A stretch of 43,417 bases of DNA from Candidatus Zixiibacteriota bacterium (GTDB lineage: Bacteria > Zixibacteria > MSB-5A5 > CAIYYT01). The translations under genes and the position numbers were made by a program. The stretch lies in contig JBECKX010000134.1 in assembly GCA_040235515.1 (NCBI GenBank), positions 1-43,417 on the forward strand, given 5' to 3'. Under the pieces are notes generated by a model. It searched no databases and was not told where the DNA came from. It saw only the letters and a list, made by a program, of their open reading frames with translations. Of the stretch, positions 38,920-43,417 are shown piece after piece; the first letter of the stretch is position 1, and each line of letters opens with the position of its first letter.

Positions 38920-40221
38920 ATGAACTTTGGAATAATCGGCACTTCGATCTGGCAACAGAATACAAGACTGCTCGAAGCCCTCACGCTTGATCGCGAATCA
39001 CGCAAGGCTTCACTGAACGAGTTGAAGCGTGCCCTGGGGGTTGATGAACTGGTTTATCTCTCGACCTGTAACCGGGTTGAGTTCATTTACTACAAAGTGA
39101 TGCGTCACGATTCATCGATGCTGCTGCACCGCCTGATCGATTTCTTTTTCAGCAAGAGCGAGAGGCGCGAGATCAGCTTTTTCCCCAATGATTTTTACCA
39201 TCACACCGGCAGGGAAGCAGTAGCTCATCTGTTCAGGCTAACTTCCTCGCTGGAGTCGATGGTGATCGGTGAGTCACAGATTGCGGGGCAGTTGAAGGAT
39301 GCGATCGATGATGCCGGTGAGTATGGAATTATCGGGCCGATGCTGCAGGATGCCGCCGATGAAGCGATGATGGTTGCCAAGCGAGTGAAGCGTGAAACGG
39401 CGCTGGGCTGGGGTTCGGTATCGATGGCGTCGCTGGCGACTGATGAATTGCAGCAGCATCTCAGCAGTACGCGTGACAATCTGATCGCCATTGTTGGAGC
39501 GGGCCCGATGACGGGCAAAGCTGCAAAGTATATCAGCGATTCCGGCCTCGGTCAGATCGTTTTCGTAAATCGCACAGTGGATAAAGTGGCGGAGGTCGCT
39601 GCGAAGTTTGGCGGACGGGCTGTCTCGCTCGAATCCTTCCTGGAGGCCCCGGGAGAGGTCGATGCGATCATTACCGCGACGGCATCACGCGAACCTGTGT
39701 TTGGTGAATCATTCCTGCAGAAGTTGCCGTCCGGCGGCCGGCCGGTGTTGTGTGTCGACCTGGCGATTCCACGCGACTTCGCCGAGTGCTTCGGCGAAAG
39801 CGATAAGGTGAAGCTGGTGGATATTCCCTATCTTCGCACGAAGAGTGACGGCAATCTCCGGCAAAAATTCATCGAGACGAGCAAGGCGAGTGATATCGTA
39901 CGAGATGCAGTCAATGACTACCTCTCACGCAAGATCGAAGTCTCCCTCAAGCCGATCTTCAGGAACAGCTTCGAGGAGTCGCTCGAGCTGGCAGAACGCG
40001 CCTTCGAAGACCTCTTCAAGAAAAAGCTTACCAACCTCACGGATGAGGAGCGTGATGCAATCATGCGGTTGATGACCAAGCTGGTTGGACACGCTACTTA
40101 CCAACCGGCTCGCTGGCTTTCGAGTGAGCTGGCTCATTCGCAGGCAGAGCAATCGGTGGCCGATATCTCGCCTCAGTCAAATCAGCCTCAGACCAATCAG
40201 TCAAAGCGGAAAGCAGTTTAA
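38920..40221 (+). CDS. hemA: Glutamyl-tRNA reductase
   Basis: LSTCNRVE, HLF..SSLESMVIGESQIAGQLK, GAG, NRT, DLAIPRD. Confidence 0.93.
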   Translation: MNFGIIGTSIWQQNTRLLEALTLDRESRKASLNELKRALGVDELVYLSTCNRVEFIYYKVMRHDSSMLLHRLIDFFFSKSERREISFFPNDFYHHTGREAVAHLFRLTSSLESMVIGESQIAGQLKDAIDDAGEYGIIGPMLQDAADEAMMVAKRVKRETALGWGSVSMASLATDELQQHLSSTRDNLIAIVGAGPMTGKAAKYISDSGLGQIVFVNRTVDKVAEVAAKFGGRAVSLESFLEAPGEVDAIITATASREPVFGESFLQKLPSGGRPVLCVDLAIPRDFAECFGESDKVKLVDIPYLRTKSDGNLRQKFIETSKASDIVRDAVNDYLSRKIEVSLKPIFRNSFEESLELAERAFEDLFKKKLTNLTDEERDAIMRLMTKLVGHATYQPARWLSSELAHSQAEQSVADISPQSNQPQTNQSKRKAV

Positions 40222-40223
40222 TC

Positions 40224-41129
40224 ATGACAGATTTAGTAATTGGATCGCGTGGGTCGGATCTGGCACTATACCAGGCAAATTTTATCCGAGATATTCTGGT
40301 TAACGAGCATGGATGCAATGTCCAGATCAAGATCATCAAGACATCGGGTGACCGAATCGACAACCTCTCCTTCGACAAGATGGAGGGGAAGGGATTCTTC
40401 ACCAAGGAACTTGAGGATGCGTTGTTGGCCGGCGAGATCGACCTGGCGGTACATTCATTGAAAGATTTGATGACGACGCAGCCGGATGGTTTGAAGCTGG
40501 GGGCTGCGGGCTACCGTGCTGATCGGCGCGAGATGTTGTTGATCAGGCCCGAGGCGCGGGTAGGGGATGGAGTGATTCCGGTGAAGGCGGGAGGCGTGCT
40601 GGGAACCAGTTCCAACCGCCGCAAGTGCCAGGTGGCACATTTTAATCCAGATTTGAAAATAGAGGATCTCCGAGGTAATGTCCCGACGCGGGTCAAGAAG
40701 CTGCGGGATGGTCAGTATGATGCCATCCTCGCAGCCGCGGCGGGAATCAAGCGTCTTGAGCTTGATGTCTCCGATCTTGAAGTGATTCTGCTGGATGCCG
40801 AGCAGTTTTTACCGGCACCGGCGCAGGGGATCCTGGGAATACAGATTCGTGACAATGATCCGCGGGTTGAGGAGGTAATCGTCAAGCTCGGATCGCCGGA
40901 GGCGATGATGGAGGCGAGCCTGGAGCGCGGGTTGTTACGGAAGTTTGATTCGGGCTGCTCGTTGCCGCTCGGAGTATGGTCAAGGCTGGAAGGTAACAGC
41001 TTCACATTGAAAGCTGTGTTAGGTTCGAAAGAGGGCGAGAGTTGGGGTGAGCTCAAGCAAGTGGCAGTGCACGGATCGGATGTGCAATCACTCATTGAGG
41101 AAGCTTACCGCCAACTCACCCGGAGTTGA
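40224..41129 (+). CDS. hemC: Hydroxymethylbilane synthase
   Basis: GSRGSDLA, GKGFFTKELE, AVHSLKD, GTSS.RR, LRGNVPTR, LPAPAQG, GCSLP. Confidence 0.96.
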   Translation: MTDLVIGSRGSDLALYQANFIRDILVNEHGCNVQIKIIKTSGDRIDNLSFDKMEGKGFFTKELEDALLAGEIDLAVHSLKDLMTTQPDGLKLGAAGYRADRREMLLIRPEARVGDGVIPVKAGGVLGTSSNRRKCQVAHFNPDLKIEDLRGNVPTRVKKLRDGQYDAILAAAAGIKRLELDVSDLEVILLDAEQFLPAPAQGILGIQIRDNDPRVEEVIVKLGSPEAMMEASLERGLLRKFDSGCSLPLGVWSRLEGNSFTLKAVLGSKEGESWGELKQVAVHGSDVQSLIEEAYRQLTRS

Positions 41130-41143
41130 CAAGGAAGTGGGTT

Positions 41144-41842
41144 ATGCGTCTTGCTATCACAAGATCAGCGGAGCAACTGGAGGATTTGCGCCGGATGGCA
41201 GCTGGCCGGGGTGTTGAAATCGTGCCTTTGCCATTAACTATTTTTGAGGATGAGCCGTTTGACTTACCCTCCGATTTTACCTCGACGCAGGATGGTTGGA
41301 TCATCTTTACGAGTGCCAATGGTGTACGTTCGTTTCTGGCGGGCCTGGATGAACGGGGTATGGAGATCCCTGGGTCGTATCGGATTGCGGTCGTAGGCAA
41401 GAAGAGTGAGGCTGCGGTGCGGGAGCGCGGCTACCAGGTGAGTTTCGTGCCGAGTCAGCCGTACGGAAAGGTGTTGTTTGAGGAACTGATCGCGAAATTC
41501 GGCAAACCGGGGAGCAGATTCATCTATGCTCGCGCGGAGCAAGTTACGACTGATCCGGCCGAATTGTTCAGAGCGACCGGTGTTGATTACTATCCGATTG
41601 TTTGTTATAGAACCCTGCAGAATGAAATCGGCGAAGCGGCCATACGGAAGCTCTCCGCCGAAGATGCCATTCTGTTTACCGCGCCATCCTCTGTGCGTTT
41701 CTATTCGAAGAGATTTGGGCACCCGAAGGCACGCGTGATCGCAATCGGTGCCACGACGGCAGAAGAGATGGAGCAGGCAGGATGGAACCAGATCGTGACT
41801 ATGCCTGAACCCGATATCGAAAGAGTGTTGGAGCTAGTGTAA
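41144..41842 (+). CDS. hemD: Uroporphyrinogen-III synthase
   Basis: ITR, WIIFTSANGV, AVVG..S, YRT, FTAPSSV, AIGATT; operon position. Confidence 0.88.
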   Translation: MRLAITRSAEQLEDLRRMAAGRGVEIVPLPLTIFEDEPFDLPSDFTSTQDGWIIFTSANGVRSFLAGLDERGMEIPGSYRIAVVGKKSEAAVRERGYQVSFVPSQPYGKVLFEELIAKFGKPGSRFIYARAEQVTTDPAELFRATGVDYYPIVCYRTLQNEIGEAAIRKLSAEDAILFTAPSSVRFYSKRFGHPKARVIAIGATTAEEMEQAGWNQIVTMPEPDIERVLELV

Positions 41843-42822
41843 TGGAAGAAATGTACCGACCGCGACGCCTCAGGCGCAATCCTGTGATCAGAGAACTGGT
41901 CGCCGAGACACAGTTTGTGACTGATGGATTAATCCAGGCTTACTTTGTGACCGACGGTGAGGGCATCAAAGACGAGATCACCGGGTTGCCGGGAATCTAC
42001 CGTGAATCGGTCGACAGCCTGGTCAAGTCGATTCGCAGCGATGTCGCTCTGGGAATCAACAAGGTGATGCTCTTTGGGGTGACGGAGCACAAAGATCCGA
42101 TGGCTGCTACCTCGTATTCTGAGGACAATCCGGTGTTGCGTGCCACACGCCAATTGAAGGATGCGTTCGGTGAGGAGCTATTTGTCAGCGCGGATGTGTG
42201 TCTTTGCGCCTACACCGACACGGGGCATTGCGGGGTGAGCATCGATGGTCGAATTGACAATGACGCATCGGTGGAGGTGCTGGCGAGGATGGCTGTCGAA
42301 TTGGCGGCAGCCGGTTGTGACTGCGTCGGACCATCCGATATGATGGATGGCCGCATCGGGTATATCCGCGCCGCACTCGAACATGAGGGTTACCAGGACA
42401 CGATCATACTGGCGTACACCGCGAAGTACGCCTCGGCTTACTACGGGCCATTCCGCGAGGCGGCGAAGTCGGCGCCCGGCAAGGGGGATCGCAAGGGCTA
42501 CCAGATGGATTACCGCAACCGCGGGGAGGCACTGCGTGAACTGACGCTGGATGAGGAAGAGGGTGCGGACATCGTGATGGTCAAGCCAGCGCTGGCGTAT
42601 CTTGATATCATCGCGGACTTCGCCAAGCACAGCTCGCTTCCGGTAGCGGCATACAACGTTTCGGGTGAGTATGCGGCAGTCAAGCTGCTGGCGCAGGCGG
42701 GGCAGGGAGACGAGAAACTTCTCACGCTGGAAAATCTGACCGCGATTCAGAGGGCGGGAGCATCGATCATATTAACTTATCACCTCAGGGACATATTGAA
42801 GAATGGCTGGCAACAAGGTTAA
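41842..42822 (+). CDS. hemB: Porphobilinogen synthase (Zn-type)
   Basis: RPRRLR, DVCLCAYTDTGHCG, PSDMMDGR, YYGPFREA, MVKPAL, AYNVSGEY. Confidence 0.97.
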   Translation: MEEMYRPRRLRRNPVIRELVAETQFVTDGLIQAYFVTDGEGIKDEITGLPGIYRESVDSLVKSIRSDVALGINKVMLFGVTEHKDPMAATSYSEDNPVLRATRQLKDAFGEELFVSADVCLCAYTDTGHCGVSIDGRIDNDASVEVLARMAVELAAAGCDCVGPSDMMDGRIGYIRAALEHEGYQDTIILAYTAKYASAYYGPFREAAKSAPGKGDRKGYQMDYRNRGEALRELTLDEEEGADIVMVKPALAYLDIIADFAKHSSLPVAAYNVSGEYAAVKLLAQAGQGDEKLLTLENLTAIQRAGASIILTYHLRDILKNGWQQG

Positions 42823-43417
42823 GACAAGCAACTCCGAGAAGCTGTTGAAGCTGTCGGAGCAGGTTATACCGGGTGGAGTCAATTCGCCCGTGCGCGCGTT
42901 CAAGTCGGTGGGGGGGATACCGCGCTTTATCGACTGGGGTGACGGCGCCTACCTGTATGATGTAGATGGCAATGAGTATATCGATTTCTGCAATTCCTGG
43001 GGGCCGTTGATCCTGGGTCATGCCGATCCCGACGTAGCCGAGGCGGTTAAGGTGCAAGTTGATCGCGGCATGACGTACGGCGCATCCACGGAGCTTGAGT
43101 ATCAACTGGCGGAGTTCATCGTCCGCAACGTCGAGCATGTCGAGCAAGTCAGATTCGTCTCGTCCGGCACCGAGGCTGTGATGTCAGCGATCCGGCTGGC
43201 GCGGGGATTCACCGGCCGAGACCTGATCGTGAAGTTTGACGGTTGCTACCACGGTCACGCCGATCATTTGCTGGTAGCCGCCGGGTCGGGGCTGGCGACG
43301 TTCGGCACGCCATCATCGGCAGGTGTTCCGGATGCGATCACGAGCAAGACCGCAGTGCTGCCGCTGGATGATGAAGAAAAGATCGAGGATTTCTTTGCCA
43401 AGCATGGCGATGAAGTT
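42803..43417 (+). CDS. hemL: Glutamate-1-semialdehyde 2,1-aminomutase (5' part; runs off window)
   Basis: Manual translation MAGNKVK..IPGGVNSPVRAF..DVDGNEYID..SWGPLILGH..RFVSSGTEAVMSAIRLARGFTGR..KFDGCYHGH; absent from the ORF track. Confidence 0.95.
   Translation, partial: MAGNKVKTSNSEKLLKLSEQVIPGGVNSPVRAFKSVGGIPRFIDWGDGAYLYDVDGNEYIDFCNSWGPLILGHADPDVAEAVKVQVDRGMTYGASTELEYQLAEFIVRNVEHVEQVRFVSSGTEAVMSAIRLARGFTGRDLIVKFDGCYHGHADHLLVAAGSGLATFGTPSSAGVPDAITSKTAVLPLDDEEKIEDFFAKHGDEV

Overview
A 43.4 kb, moderately GC-rich chromosomal window from a diderm bacterium. The dockerin-tailed surface protein, TPR/GT-C glycosyltransferase and DUF5916-type protein suggest an FCB-related lineage such as candidate Zixibacteria; this is inference only. 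From left to right it holds: (1) a >1037-aa secreted Asp-box/dockerin protein running off the left edge and missed by the ORF track; (2) a complete phosphate locus (phoB-phoR-porin-pstSCAB-phoU, a Na/Pi symporter and a second PhoU-like gene) with (C/T)TAACA-N5 Pho-box repeats; (3) an outer-membrane beta-barrel gene, then a tightly coupled three-gene module: a non-canonical Ddl-like ATP-grasp ligase fused to an M20 domain lacking its metal ligands, a cytoplasmic gamma-glutamyltransferase-family enzyme, and an N-formylglutamate amidohydrolase-family enzyme. This module is the best candidate for an uncharacterised system; (4) an M1-like peptidase, prs, rplY, a DUF4139 protein and an EamA transporter; (5) an AT-richer three-gene islet at the 3' end of tRNA-Asn, including a HEPN-like gene; (6) a TPR glycosyltransferase; (7) a TonB-dependent receptor broken by a 7-bp tandem duplication, with a TetR regulator and two matching operators; (8) a DUF5916-type protein and an SDR; (9) hemA-hemC-hemD-hemB-hemL (partial), preceded by a Rex-like site and a repeat-built 25-codon ORF overlapping the hemA start. 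All family assignments are by motif recognition, not database search.
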